NCBI GenBank assembly: GCA_963934365.1
Contig: CAWVYJ010000001.1
Span: 377-64,376 of the forward strand
Direction of reading: 5' to 3'
DNA length: 64,000 bases
DNA from: an uncultured Dehalococcoidales bacterium
Lineage (GTDB): Bacteria; Chloroflexota; Dehalococcoidia; Lucifugimonadales; Lucifugimonadaceae
Position numbers and translations under genes: made by a program. Below, one piece after another: positions 10,133 to 21,522 of the stretch (its first letter is position 1; the number at the start of each line of letters is the position of its first letter). The notes under the pieces were generated by a model. That model was not told the origin of the DNA and ran no database searches. It saw only the letters and a program-made list of their open reading frames with translations.

Positions 10133-10785
10133 TTTGATGCTGGTTTGTCGCCATTATTTGTCACGTTGAATTTGTTCATTGCGTTGTCAAAATCACCGCT
10201 GGCGATCATCGTAATTGCATCAGCAGCTCGTTCGGACGCGGATTTGACCATGTCTCGTGTATCAGGGTCGAAAGTGCCCAAAACATGATCAACCTGCACC
10301 GCCGACGATTCTGGGTTTCCAACGCCAATGCGGACCCGCGGAAACTCGTTCGTACCGAGTGTTGTGATGATAGATTTCAGGCCATTGTGACCGCCTGGCC
10401 CACCCTGCTTTCGTATACGCACAGAACCCGGTTTTAGGTTTATGTCATCGGTGACAATCAGGATTTTGTCAGGAGTAGTTCCGAACCGGTTCATCAGGTA
10501 GCTTAAAACAGTTCCCGAGCGGTTCATGAACGTTCTTGGGTAGACGAGAACGACTGCTGATCCACCGAGTTCGGTTTCGGCGAATCGTAAATCCTTGCGC
10601 TTTCGATTCAGTTCTGCGTTTGTGCGTTTGACGAGTTCATCAAGACACCACCATCCAACATTGTGACGGGTGTTTTTATATTCAGCGCCTGGATTGCCTA
10701 AGCCGACAACCAGCCACGGCGAACCTTGGGATCCACCGCCGTTTCCACTAGGAAAGAGCTTGTCTAAGAGTGATGAGACGTCCAA
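10129..10785 (-). CDS. pth: Peptidyl-tRNA hydrolase
   Basis: VGLGNPG, TRHNVG, MNRSG, GGHNGLKSI and RVRIGVG. Confidence 0.97.
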   Translation of the reverse strand: MDVSSLLDKLFPSGNGGGSQGSPWLVVGLGNPGAEYKNTRHNVGWWCLDELVKRTNAELNRKRKDLRFAETELGGSAVVLVYPRTFMNRSGTVLSYLMNRFGTTPDKILIVTDDINLKPGSVRIRKQGGPGGHNGLKSIITTLGTNEFPRVRIGVGNPESSAVQVDHVLGTFDPDTRDMVKSASERAADAITMIASGDFDNAMNKFNVTNNGDKPASK

Positions 10786-11051
10786 TCGTCGATATTCCCG
10801 CTTGATTCACTTGGTTTGCCAAACAATTCGTTTAGAAATGATATGACCTTATCGTCGAGAACGTTTGCTAGGTTAGACAAATCTCCAGTGGAATTGAGTC
10901 GGAATAGACTAACTAGTTTGTCAGTTTCTGGTGAATTCATTACCAAATTTTCGACAGCCGATGCGACTTGATCACGATATCAGTTGAATAGTCTGCCTAC
11001 CTCGGAAATCATATTGGCAACATCTTTCGTGAGCGGAGCCTGAACTACCAT
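10764..11051 (-). pseudogene. Possible small or remnant ORF interrupted by one in-frame TGA
   Basis: ATG 11051 gives MVVQAPLTKDVANMISEVGRLFN*YRDQVASAVENL..., which continues in frame into the 10764..10946 ORF. TGA at 10980-10982. Protein-like amphipathic sequence, family not recognised. Confidence 0.3.
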
Positions 11052-11355
11052 GCAAATTTGTTTATTGATGATCTCCGATTGTTGAGGAGCGTAACTCGAC
11101 TGCAGTAGTACTAGGCGATAAATGTCAATCCTTTATAGCTCTTTTCAGTAATCGGGTCTCAATTTTTCGGTAACAATTACCCCCCGTGGTATTTGAACTA
11201 AGCGAATTAGACATGAACTTGCTGAGTTTCGCCAATGACGTCGTCAACGCAAGAAAATGGATGGGGCTTGATCTACGTAAATGAGTGAGCAAACGTAGCT
11301 ACGCTTTAATTCTCCAGCAAACTATGTGGAATGCTAAAAGTAACGATAAGTGGGG

Positions 11356-13554
<2,199 letters not shown>

Positions 13555-13700
13555 TCACTTTGTCAACTCAGCTTTGAATTTACTAACTATTTACGGCATT
13601 ACTTGGGTAGAACAGGATGATCGGATATTGCGAGGGTCTATACTTTCTCGTCTAAACGCATCGATAATCCCGGATTCGCAATCTAATTTCGTAATCAGTT

Positions 13701-14996
13701 ATGGCAGAAATTCAACCTTTCAGGGCAGTTCGCTACAATCCAGAAGTCGCAGGTGACGTGAGCCTTAATGTATGTCCGCCATTTGACGTGATAACTCCGC
13801 ACCTCCAACAGGAGTTGTACGCTCGCTCACCGTACAACATTGTGCGACTTGAACTGGCGCGCCGTGGGCTTGCGGAAGATCCGTACGAAAAGGCGGCGGA
13901 AACTGCTCAGGCATGGACCGACTCAGGTGTGTTGAAGCACGAAGAGACTCCTTCTATTTATGTGACCGAAGAGGAGTTCCAGTACCAGGGGCAAACGTTA
14001 CTTCGCCGAGGTTTCGTAGCTGCCGTTCGGTTAGAAGACTACGATCAGAAAGTCGTGCTTCCACATGAAGGAACCCGCTCTGAGTGGGTTGCCGACCGTA
14101 TGAACCTGATGGCGGCCGCTCAGTCGAATTATAGTCCGCTACTGTCGATTTTCAGAGACGACCTTCGTTCCAGTGTCGGAAATATTATTCGTGCGATTGC
14201 TGGTGGAGAACCTACTGCAGTTTTCACGCCACCCGATATGCCGCAGTTGAGGCTGTGGAGAGTTTCTGATTTGGGAACTATCAGAGTGCTTCAGGCTGCT
14301 CTGAAAGATGCTGAGATATTTATTGCTGACGGTCATCACCGCTATGAGGCGGCGTTGAGATATCGTAGCAGTGTTCGTGCTGAACGAGAGGTTGAGCACG
14401 ATGAATCGATCAACTTCAGAATTATGCTGATGGTTTCTTTTGACGAGTCGGGACTGATTACTCGTGGCTACCATCGCCTTGTTGAATCGGCGACCGACGA
14501 CGAGTTAGCGGGGATCATTGGTTCAGTCGAAAAGAGTTGTGATCTTGAAAGTTGGTCTCCTAGCGAGGGTCTTTCGACTGCTGAGCAGATCGAAGAGTTT
14601 TCGGTTGCGCTTGGCGAACGTGAAAATAGCGAAGTTACTTTCGGATTGTTCTCAAAGGAGCCGGGTAAGTTTCATATTGCTCGGATGAAATCGCCACCTC
14701 CTGCCGAGAATGCCCTTGAGAACTCCGAATACTCTCACTTGCATTCACACATCATTGGGCCTGTAATAGGCGAGGAACGTGAAGAGAACGTAATTAGTCC
14801 GCATCACGACGCAGGACTGATCGCCCGCCAGATCGAAAGTGGAACTGCCCAAATGGCGTTCATCATGCGTCCTGTGCCGCTTAGTGAATTCGTTTCGATT
14901 GTTACGCGAGGATGGCGTTTGCCTGCTAAGGCTACGAACTTCTACCCGAAGCCACCTGCCGGTGCTGTGATCCAAGAGTTTGGCGCTCAGCTCTAA
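13701..14996 (+). CDS. DUF1015 family protein (ParB/SerK-like nuclease-kinase fold)
   Basis: I.PFRAVRY, PPFDVI, PHE.T, IADGHHRYEAA and C-terminal LPAKATNFYPK. Confidence 0.85.
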   Translation: MAEIQPFRAVRYNPEVAGDVSLNVCPPFDVITPHLQQELYARSPYNIVRLELARRGLAEDPYEKAAETAQAWTDSGVLKHEETPSIYVTEEEFQYQGQTLLRRGFVAAVRLEDYDQKVVLPHEGTRSEWVADRMNLMAAAQSNYSPLLSIFRDDLRSSVGNIIRAIAGGEPTAVFTPPDMPQLRLWRVSDLGTIRVLQAALKDAEIFIADGHHRYEAALRYRSSVRAEREVEHDESINFRIMLMVSFDESGLITRGYHRLVESATDDELAGIIGSVEKSCDLESWSPSEGLSTAEQIEEFSVALGERENSEVTFGLFSKEPGKFHIARMKSPPPAENALENSEYSHLHSHIIGPVIGEEREENVISPHHDAGLIARQIESGTAQMAFIMRPVPLSEFVSIVTRGWRLPAKATNFYPKPPAGAVIQEFGAQL

Positions 14997-15610
14997 GCTG
15001 TGTCTACTTTGAGCGATTCTTCAAGTACCGAAACTACTTCGGACACTGTTGGTCGATTTCCCGGTTCGTTAGCGATAAGTCGTGCTATCAGGCTGCCGTG
15101 GGCGTCGAATACGAAGCTGGCAGGGCTGGCCCTTCCATCGTCATTAAGATCAAATACCTGCCAGTCACTTGCAATAACGTTTAGTGGGTCCGCGATAAGC
15201 GGGAAGTCGAGTACGAGGTCATCACGCATCTCGATAACCCTAGTCGGCTGATCGGAAACTACCACCACGACCTTAGCCCCTAGCTCATCGAATTCTGAAA
15301 TTTGCGATTGAATGAGACGCAACTGAGAGATGTCGAGATCATCGGTCGTGGTTGGAACGAACAGTAGATAAACGGGTGTGACGCCAAGAAGGTCTTCGAG
15401 TCGGATATTTTCGCCATCAATAGTCGAAACGGAGAATACTGGCGCTATTGGGAGTAAATCACTATCGGTATGTGCTGTCGTTGTCGCAACAGTGGGAGTC
15501 GAGCTTGTTGCTGCCGTAGGCGTTGTTGCGGGTGTGCTCGAACAGGCAACTGTGGAGAATAGCGCGGTTAGCATCACGATTATCGAGAGTCTTCGGATTT
15601 TCACACTCAT
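14993..15610 (-). CDS. AhpC/TSA (peroxiredoxin-like) fold lipoprotein lacking a redox cysteine
   Basis: Lipobox TVAC, Thr-rich linker, AP.F....DG, FPLIADP and PASFVFD..G. The only Cys is the lipidation site. Confidence 0.7.
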   Translation of the reverse strand: MSVKIRRLSIIVMLTALFSTVACSSTPATTPTAATSSTPTVATTTAHTDSDLLPIAPVFSVSTIDGENIRLEDLLGVTPVYLLFVPTTTDDLDISQLRLIQSQISEFDELGAKVVVVVSDQPTRVIEMRDDLVLDFPLIADPLNVIASDWQVFDLNDDGRASPASFVFDAHGSLIARLIANEPGNRPTVSEVVSVLEESLKVDTA

Positions 15611-15614
15611 GAGT

Positions 15615-15926
15615 CTAGCTGAGCTTTTGGGCCTTCTCGATTATTTCTTCGGCATCTACTTGGTGTGTGGAGTTCAATCCAACGCTCTGCCAGACAATCT
15701 CGCCGTTAGTATCGATTAAGAAAACCGAGGCCGAAGCGAGTCCGTCGCCGAACAAGTTGAAAACACCGTACTGTTCCGGGGTGCTTGGGTCGGGCGCGGA
15801 AAATAGGATCGGAAACTCGTAGCCTTGGGCAGTGGCTAGCGCCGCTGGTCCGTCGAGATTGTCGGTGCTTCTTGCGAGTATTTGAACACCACTGGCATCG
15901 AGTTCAGCCTGAAATCGTTGCAACAT
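15615..15926 (-). CDS. C-terminal half of an AhpC/TSA peroxiredoxin-like protein (N-terminally truncated, possibly a pseudogene)
   Basis: STDN, YEFPILF, YGVFN and SVFLIDTNGEIVW. No Cys. In-frame TGA and TAA just upstream and no room for the N-terminal half. Confidence 0.55.
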   Translation of the reverse strand: MLQRFQAELDASGVQILARSTDNLDGPAALATAQGYEFPILFSAPDPSTPEQYGVFNLFGDGLASASVFLIDTNGEIVWQSVGLNSTHQVDAEEIIEKAQKLS

Positions 15927-15997
15927 CCCGAATTTTCACGGTTAGATGCGGATGCTGCCAAAAAAGTTATATGGCTGATGCATCCACACATACAAAC

Positions 15998-17110
15998 CTA
16001 CGAAGTCATCGCTTTCAGGGTTTCTTCTGCAGCCTTCAAAGCCTCATCGATGTGAGCTTTTTCGACCCAACCCATGTGACCAACTCGGAAGATCTTCCCG
16101 ACAAGCGACTTTTGGCCGCCACCGAGAATCACGTTGTAGTCCTTGTTCACTTTTGCCAAGAACGCCTTGCCATCGAGGCCTTCCGGCAATCGTATTGCGG
16201 TAACGGTGTTCGAAGCATACTTGGAATCTGGCAGTAGTTCGAGTCCGAGTGCATTCGCACCGTCGCGAGTGTGCTGCGCTATTTCGTGGTGACGTTCGAA
16301 TACGTTTTCTATTCCCTCATCGACCATCGACTGCAATGCCACTTCGAGCGTGAACATCACTGGCAGGCAAGGTGTAAACGGCGGCTGACCGATTTTGAGA
16401 TAGTCCTCGTACTGTTGGATATCGAGGTAGTACTTCGGAGTGGTCGATGTGGCGTGAGCCTTCCAAGCCTTCTCCGAGAAAGTAACCATCGAGATTCCTG
16501 GAGGTGAAATCCAACTCTTCTGCGAAGCGGTGGCAACAACGTCGATGCCCCAAGCGTCGACAGCGATTGGAACGCCACCAGCGCTCGATACAGCGTCGAC
16601 AAGGATGAGGGCGTCGGATTCTTCGTGAATTACCTTGCATAGGTCTTCCAGCGGGTTGGAGACGCCCGTAGAGCTTTCGTTATGGGTGAAGATCACTGCC
16701 TTCACGTCGCTCATTCCTTTGAGGGTCTCTCGAATCTTGTCGAGATCAGCAGCCTGGCCGAGATCGAAGGAAATGCGAGTGGTCTCGGCGCCGTATGCCT
16801 CTGCGATTTCAGCGAATCGTTCCCCAAAGACACCGATGATGATCGATAGAACTTTGTCGCCAGGTGAAATCGTGTTCACTACGGCGGTTTCCATCGCACC
16901 AGTTCCTGACGATGTGATGAAGTACACATCGTTCTTAGTCATGAAAACCGTCTTCAGGTTCTTCGTCATGCGATTAAGCATGTCGGCGTAACCGGAGCCG
17001 CGGTGATTAATCATCTGAGCTCCGGCGAGTGCTAGGACGTCGTCAGGAAGCGGTACTGGGCCTGGGATTCGGAGATTTGGCTGGTTCTGGCTGCTCACCG
17101 GAGTGCTCAT
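15998..17110 (-). CDS. Class V PLP aminotransferase (alanine/serine-glyoxylate or phosphoserine aminotransferase-like)
   Basis: IPGP, HRG, SGTGAME, HNESSTG, DAVSS, ASQK (PLP lysine) and FRVGHMG. Confidence 0.9.
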   Translation of the reverse strand: MSTPVSSQNQPNLRIPGPVPLPDDVLALAGAQMINHRGSGYADMLNRMTKNLKTVFMTKNDVYFITSSGTGAMETAVVNTISPGDKVLSIIIGVFGERFAEIAEAYGAETTRISFDLGQAADLDKIRETLKGMSDVKAVIFTHNESSTGVSNPLEDLCKVIHEESDALILVDAVSSAGGVPIAVDAWGIDVVATASQKSWISPPGISMVTFSEKAWKAHATSTTPKYYLDIQQYEDYLKIGQPPFTPCLPVMFTLEVALQSMVDEGIENVFERHHEIAQHTRDGANALGLELLPDSKYASNTVTAIRLPEGLDGKAFLAKVNKDYNVILGGGQKSLVGKIFRVGHMGWVEKAHIDEALKAAEETLKAMTS

Positions 17111-17361
17111 TTCATACGGAATATGACGGGGTAGTTTTCTACGTTGTGGTCGTTCCCGTGATTGCTTTTGTAAACGTTCACTGAACGACCATCAAGAATT
17201 CTAACTCTCAATATGTAAAACGGCTGTAAATTCAGCGCTAGGAGTTAGTTAGGGTGAGAGGATAAAGTATCTAATTCATTGCGACATGGTAACGATGCAA
17301 CTGACGTCGTGACCACGAATTTGCGAACCGCTACGAATTGACTTGTGACGGACGTTGCAAC

Positions 17362-18675
17362 TTACTCCGCAAGCTTCACTAGGGAGTAGGTTTTGCGGCC
17401 TCGGCGTATTACTAGAAGGCGGCCTTCTATTAGGTCGTTCACTCCGACAGTTCGGCCTGCGTCAGTTATTTGTTCACCGTTGAGGTACATGCCGCCTTGA
17501 TCGATGGTGCGTTTTACGTCGCCACTCGATTTGCCTGCTCCTGCCGACACAGCCAACTCAGAAAAGCGTATGCCTTGACCTGAAAGTTGGTCTCTAGTTA
17601 CTTCGGTTACTGAAGAATCTTCAAGAACATCTTCCATTTGGTCGGCCGAAAGCCCAGAAATATCTCCACCGAAGAACGCCTGTGTCACCTTCAGAGCCTG
17701 CGCGAGCCCGCCCTGACCGTGAATCGTTCGCGTCACTTCTTCTGCCAGTGCCTTTTGAGCGGCTCGCTTATGAGGTTCTTCGACTACGGATTCCGCTAGT
17801 CCACCGATTTGAACTTGGTTCAGCATGGTGAATAGCTTTACATAGGGAACAGCGTCGGCATCGGCGACGTTCAAGAAGAATTGATACAGCTTGTACGGTG
17901 AAGTCTGCTTAGGATCGAGGGTTGGTGCTCCACCAATCGACTTGCCGAATTTTTCTCCATTTGCATTCACTACCAGCGGGTAGGCGATTCCGTGAGCACG
18001 TGGTCGCCCTTCGTAATCGGCTCCGTGTATCCGACGAATTAAGTCGACTCCACCCAGAATGTTGCCCCATTGATCGCTGCCACCGGCCTGAAATCTGACG
18101 TTATCGCGATCGTAGAGTGTCAGGAAATCGTACGCCTGAAGCAGTTGGTAGCTGAACTCAGTGAACGATATTCCGCTGTCTCGACTGAATCGATCTTTCA
18201 CGGAGTCACGACTCATCATTGTATTCACCGTGAAGTGTTTTCCTACGTCACGAAGGAATGATAGAAGATCGGTCGTGCGAAGCCAGTCTGCGTTGTTAAC
18301 AACCTTGGCTGGATTAGATTTTACATCGAAATCTAGGAACGGCTCTAGCTGAGCACGAATGGCTTCGACGTTGTAGTCGATATCAGTGACTGATAGAAGC
18401 GTACGTTCGTCGGAGCGACCTGAAGGGTCGCCGATCATACCAGTACCACCTCCAACTAGAGCCACTGGCGTGTGACCGTATTGCTGGAGTCGGACGAGTC
18501 CCATGATTGCGACGAGGTTGCCAATATGGAGGCTGCTCGCCGTGGGGTCGAAGCCGTTGTAGCAAGTAATTTTTTCAGTTGAGAGAATGTGCGCTGCGCC
18601 TGGGGTTGCGTCAAAGAGAGCGCCTCGCCATTCTAGGTCTTCAGCTACGTTTTGAAATTCTGTATTGTTTGTCAT
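17362..18675 (-). CDS. tyrS: Tyrosine--tRNA ligase
   Basis: GFDPTASSLHIGN (HIGH), QAYDF, GGSDQWGNI, KFGKS and C-terminal S4 domain. Confidence 0.98.
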   Translation of the reverse strand: MTNNTEFQNVAEDLEWRGALFDATPGAAHILSTEKITCYNGFDPTASSLHIGNLVAIMGLVRLQQYGHTPVALVGGGTGMIGDPSGRSDERTLLSVTDIDYNVEAIRAQLEPFLDFDVKSNPAKVVNNADWLRTTDLLSFLRDVGKHFTVNTMMSRDSVKDRFSRDSGISFTEFSYQLLQAYDFLTLYDRDNVRFQAGGSDQWGNILGGVDLIRRIHGADYEGRPRAHGIAYPLVVNANGEKFGKSIGGAPTLDPKQTSPYKLYQFFLNVADADAVPYVKLFTMLNQVQIGGLAESVVEEPHKRAAQKALAEEVTRTIHGQGGLAQALKVTQAFFGGDISGLSADQMEDVLEDSSVTEVTRDQLSGQGIRFSELAVSAGAGKSSGDVKRTIDQGGMYLNGEQITDAGRTVGVNDLIEGRLLVIRRGRKTYSLVKLAE

Positions 18676-18731
18676 CGGATTGTTCTTTTAGGAGCCGTTG
18701 GTAGGCTAGAGGATCCAAGTGCGAAGTTGGG

Positions 18732-19658
18732 CTAGATATTTGCGAGTATTTCTCTGGTCTGGTCAACGTCTTTGTTCATTTGTTCGATTAGTTGTTCGAC
18801 TGTTTCGAATGCGACTTCTGCTCTGAGTCGTTTCACGAACTCGAGGTGAAGTCGCTTGGTATAGAGATCCCCTTCGAAGTCTAGAAGGAATGCCTCGATA
18901 GTGCGACCACCGTCTGTTTCGAAGGTTGGGCGTATGCCTATGCTGGTGGCAGCTTTATGTGTCACATCATTTATCTTGACTAACGTCGCGTAGATGCCGT
19001 TATCAGGAACGGTGACTGCGAATTCGGGTTCGATGTTGGCAGTTGGGAAGCCGATTTTACGACCACGCTTCTCGCCGTCGGCGACCACTCCTCGAATCGA
19101 GTAGTTTCGACCCAGCATTTTTGCAGCAAGTTCACAGTTACCACTGACGATTGCGATTCGGATGACAGAACTTGAAACTGCTTCGCCATCGACAACAATC
19201 GATGGAACGCCGATGAATTCGATATCTGTGTGGGTTTCGGCGGCAGAAAGCTGCTCGACACCTGCACGGTCGGATCCGATCATTGCGCCCGGTCCGAGAA
19301 TCAGCGATACGAGGCCGATTCGTTCCTTAAGAGCACCAATAAAATTATTGGACGATAGCTGTTGAATCGCCGCACTGAAATGGAGTTCGATCACATGATC
19401 AATCCCAATCGCTTTCAAGATATCTCGGCGAGTTTCGAAATCACTTAAGTACGTGACCTGTTTACTCGGTTTGATAAATGCCCGAGGCTGCTCTCGGAAA
19501 ACAAATGCAACTGATTTTGCGCCGATCTCAGCCGCTTTATCTTGCACTCTTTGCAGGAGTGCAAGATGCCCAAGGTGGACTCCGTCGAAGGTACCGATAG
19601 TCGCAACTGTAGGGCCTTCAATAACGTCTATGGAAGTGAACAGATCAGAAATCGACAT
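18732..19658 (-). CDS. ribF: Bifunctional riboflavin kinase / FAD synthetase
   Basis: GTFDGVHLGH, SSSVIR, GRKIGFPTAN, GIRPTF and IEA. Confidence 0.95.
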   Translation of the reverse strand: MSISDLFTSIDVIEGPTVATIGTFDGVHLGHLALLQRVQDKAAEIGAKSVAFVFREQPRAFIKPSKQVTYLSDFETRRDILKAIGIDHVIELHFSAAIQQLSSNNFIGALKERIGLVSLILGPGAMIGSDRAGVEQLSAAETHTDIEFIGVPSIVVDGEAVSSSVIRIAIVSGNCELAAKMLGRNYSIRGVVADGEKRGRKIGFPTANIEPEFAVTVPDNGIYATLVKINDVTHKAATSIGIRPTFETDGGRTIEAFLLDFEGDLYTKRLHLEFVKRLRAEVAFETVEQLIEQMNKDVDQTREILANI

Positions 19659-19679
19659 GATCGTCCGGTGCAGAGACTA

Positions 19680-19702
19680 GCGGTTCGATGAAACCGAACC
19701 GC
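19680..19702. other. Short GC-rich hairpin between DAHP synthase and ribF
   Basis: GCGGTTCG-atgaaac-CGAACCGC, a perfect 8-bp inverted repeat with no U-tract. Confidence 0.35.
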
Positions 19703-19715
19703 CAATCTCAACTCT

Positions 19716-20753
19716 CTAGCTAAGGGTGGCGTGTGCCTCGTAAAGCAGCTCTTGGGTAGTCTCCCAGTTGATGCATGCATCAGTTATAGAGACACCGTAC
19801 TTCAAATCGGCAGGATCGCCCAGAGACTGGTTGCCCTCATTAATGTGGCTTTCTAGCATGAGGCCGATTACGCCCTTGTTGCCGACGGTGCGCTGGCGAA
19901 TAGCATCACGGAACACGATCGGCTGTCGGTTGTGATCCTTGTTGCTATTTGCGTGCGAGCAGTCGATAACAACGTTTGGTCGAAGGCCAACACCTTCTAG
20001 CAGGCTCGACGCCTTTGCCACGGTTTCATCATCGTAGTTAGGGCCTGTTGATCCACCACGAAGAATGAGGTGCTGCGCTTTGTTTCCTGCTGTATTGACC
20101 ACAGAGGCTCGACCGTCGAGGTCGATACCGAGAAATGCGTGTGGTGAACGAGCAGCCATCATTGCGTCGACAGCTATCTGTAGGCTTCCGCCTGTGCCGT
20201 TCTTGTATCCAATTGGCATTGAGAGTCCACTCGCCATCTGTCGGTGAGTCTGGCTTTCAGTCGTTCGAGCACCGATGGCGCCCCACGAAATGAGATCAGC
20301 GAGGTACTGAGGAGTGAACGGATCGAGAAATTCGGTTCCAGCTGGCAGTCCGAGTTTCAGTACTTCGAGAAGGAACGCCCGTGCGCGAGTAAGACCTGCC
20401 TGTATGTTGAACGTGCCGTCGAGGTCAGGGTCGTTTATGAGCCCTTTCCAACCGACAGTAGTGCGGGGCTTTTCGAAGTACACCCGCATTACTACAAGAA
20501 TTTTGTCTTTTACTTCTTCAGCTATAACTGCGAGTTTCTTAGCGTATTCGAGTCCGGCTTTTTCATCGTGAATCGAACAAGGTCCAACGAGCATGACCAT
20601 TCGGTCATCTCGTCCTTGTTCGATGTTTTCGATAGATGATCGTGCGTCGGTAACGACTTTTGCAATTTCAGGAGTGATTGGCTGGGAGTCGATGAAGGAT
20701 CGTGGCGAACTGAGCGGCTGAAGATCGGTGACTCGGATATTTGACGTAGACAT
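19716..20753 (-). CDS. aroG: 3-deoxy-7-phosphoheptulonate (DAHP) synthase, class I-alpha (AroF/AroG/AroH-type)
   Basis: GPCSIHD, RVYFEKPRTTVGWKG, IGARTTESQ.HR, DCSHANS and YGVSITDACI. Feedback specificity cannot be determined. Confidence 0.93.
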   Translation of the reverse strand: MSTSNIRVTDLQPLSSPRSFIDSQPITPEIAKVVTDARSSIENIEQGRDDRMVMLVGPCSIHDEKAGLEYAKKLAVIAEEVKDKILVVMRVYFEKPRTTVGWKGLINDPDLDGTFNIQAGLTRARAFLLEVLKLGLPAGTEFLDPFTPQYLADLISWGAIGARTTESQTHRQMASGLSMPIGYKNGTGGSLQIAVDAMMAARSPHAFLGIDLDGRASVVNTAGNKAQHLILRGGSTGPNYDDETVAKASSLLEGVGLRPNVVIDCSHANSNKDHNRQPIVFRDAIRQRTVGNKGVIGLMLESHINEGNQSLGDPADLKYGVSITDACINWETTQELLYEAHATLS

Positions 20754-20893
20754 TGTCGAATTAGGTTTCTATAGAGCTATAAGGTGAAAGGAAATAACCG
20801 TGTTCGTGATTCGCTTGGTCAGGCCGGCTCAGTTGCATGCTGAGGGAAGGAGAGCTTTGTGAATCCAGGAGGGCTGCGGACGGTCAGGCAGAT

Positions 20894-21052
20894 CTAGCTG
20901 CTATATGAACGTCCGTGCGTAAACAGCCCGCCGGTATAGCTATAGCTAAGATACTCGGCACTGTAAGAAGTTGAACACGAGAATACGAAACCTGCCGAGC
21001 GGAAACCGCTGGGGCGTGGGAATGAGTTTTTCTGTATGTTGCGTTCTGACAT
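20894..21052 (-). promoter_or_regulatory. Candidate Phe/Tyr-rich leader peptide (uORF, 52 aa) upstream of DAHP synthase
   Basis: MSERNIQKNSFPRPSGFRSAGFVFSCSTSYSAEYLSYSYTGGLFTHGRSYSS has 5 Phe and 5 Tyr. Nested inverted repeats span the stop codon and a C-rich tract follows. Confidence 0.5.
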
Positions 21053-21071
21053 GTCTTTAATAGGTCGCCGT

Positions 21072-21437
21072 TTAAAGATCAGGGCGAAGTTTAGCAGCAT
21101 CGTTTAGGTAAGCGTGCCGTATTTCGCTCTGAACCTTGTCAGTATTCCAGAATATAAGTATACGGATGCACTGCGTTAATGCGCCGGGTCGAGCCATCTC
21201 GTGTCCACACATAAGCGGAACATCGTTCCAGCCGAATCGTTCGCGTGCTGTAACAGCCGGGAACTCTGCGACGAGATCGGGGCTAGTAGTGAACTGAACT
21301 GCGGCGACATCGTCTTGATCGATTTCGTTTGCTTCGATCAGTGCAGATAACAGTTGTTCGGTTGCTGCAAGAACGTGTTCAGCTGACGTACCGTCGGTGG
21401 TTGTAGCGCCTTTGACGCCTCGAACCTTCGTAGACAA
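21072..21437 (-). CDS. aroH: Chorismate mutase, AroH class
   Basis: VRGVKGATT, FTTSPDL.AEFPA, VPLMC.HEM, CIRIL and H.YL..A..LRPDL. TTG start with AGGA RBS. Confidence 0.93.
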   Translation of the reverse strand: MSTKVRGVKGATTTDGTSAEHVLAATEQLLSALIEANEIDQDDVAAVQFTTSPDLVAEFPAVTARERFGWNDVPLMCGHEMARPGALTQCIRILIFWNTDKVQSEIRHAYLNDAAKLRPDL

Positions 21438-21522
21438 TCTTTTTTCCTGCCCTGAGAATTAGGAATTTGTGTTCAAATAATCCGGCAATCTTATTTTTAG
21501 AATTGACGATGATTGTGGCGAC

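Noticed and set aside
15927-15944. In-frame TGA upstream of the 103-aa redoxin read as an active selenocysteine codon
   Set aside because: A TAA lies two codons further upstream and there is no start codon or N-terminal half, so no selenoprotein can be made from this locus as it stands.
18676-18731. T-box riboswitch upstream of tyrS, or of serS and lysS
   Set aside because: The tyrS and serS gaps are too short, and I saw no T-box consensus (AAGGTGGTACC-like) with a terminator upstream of lysS.
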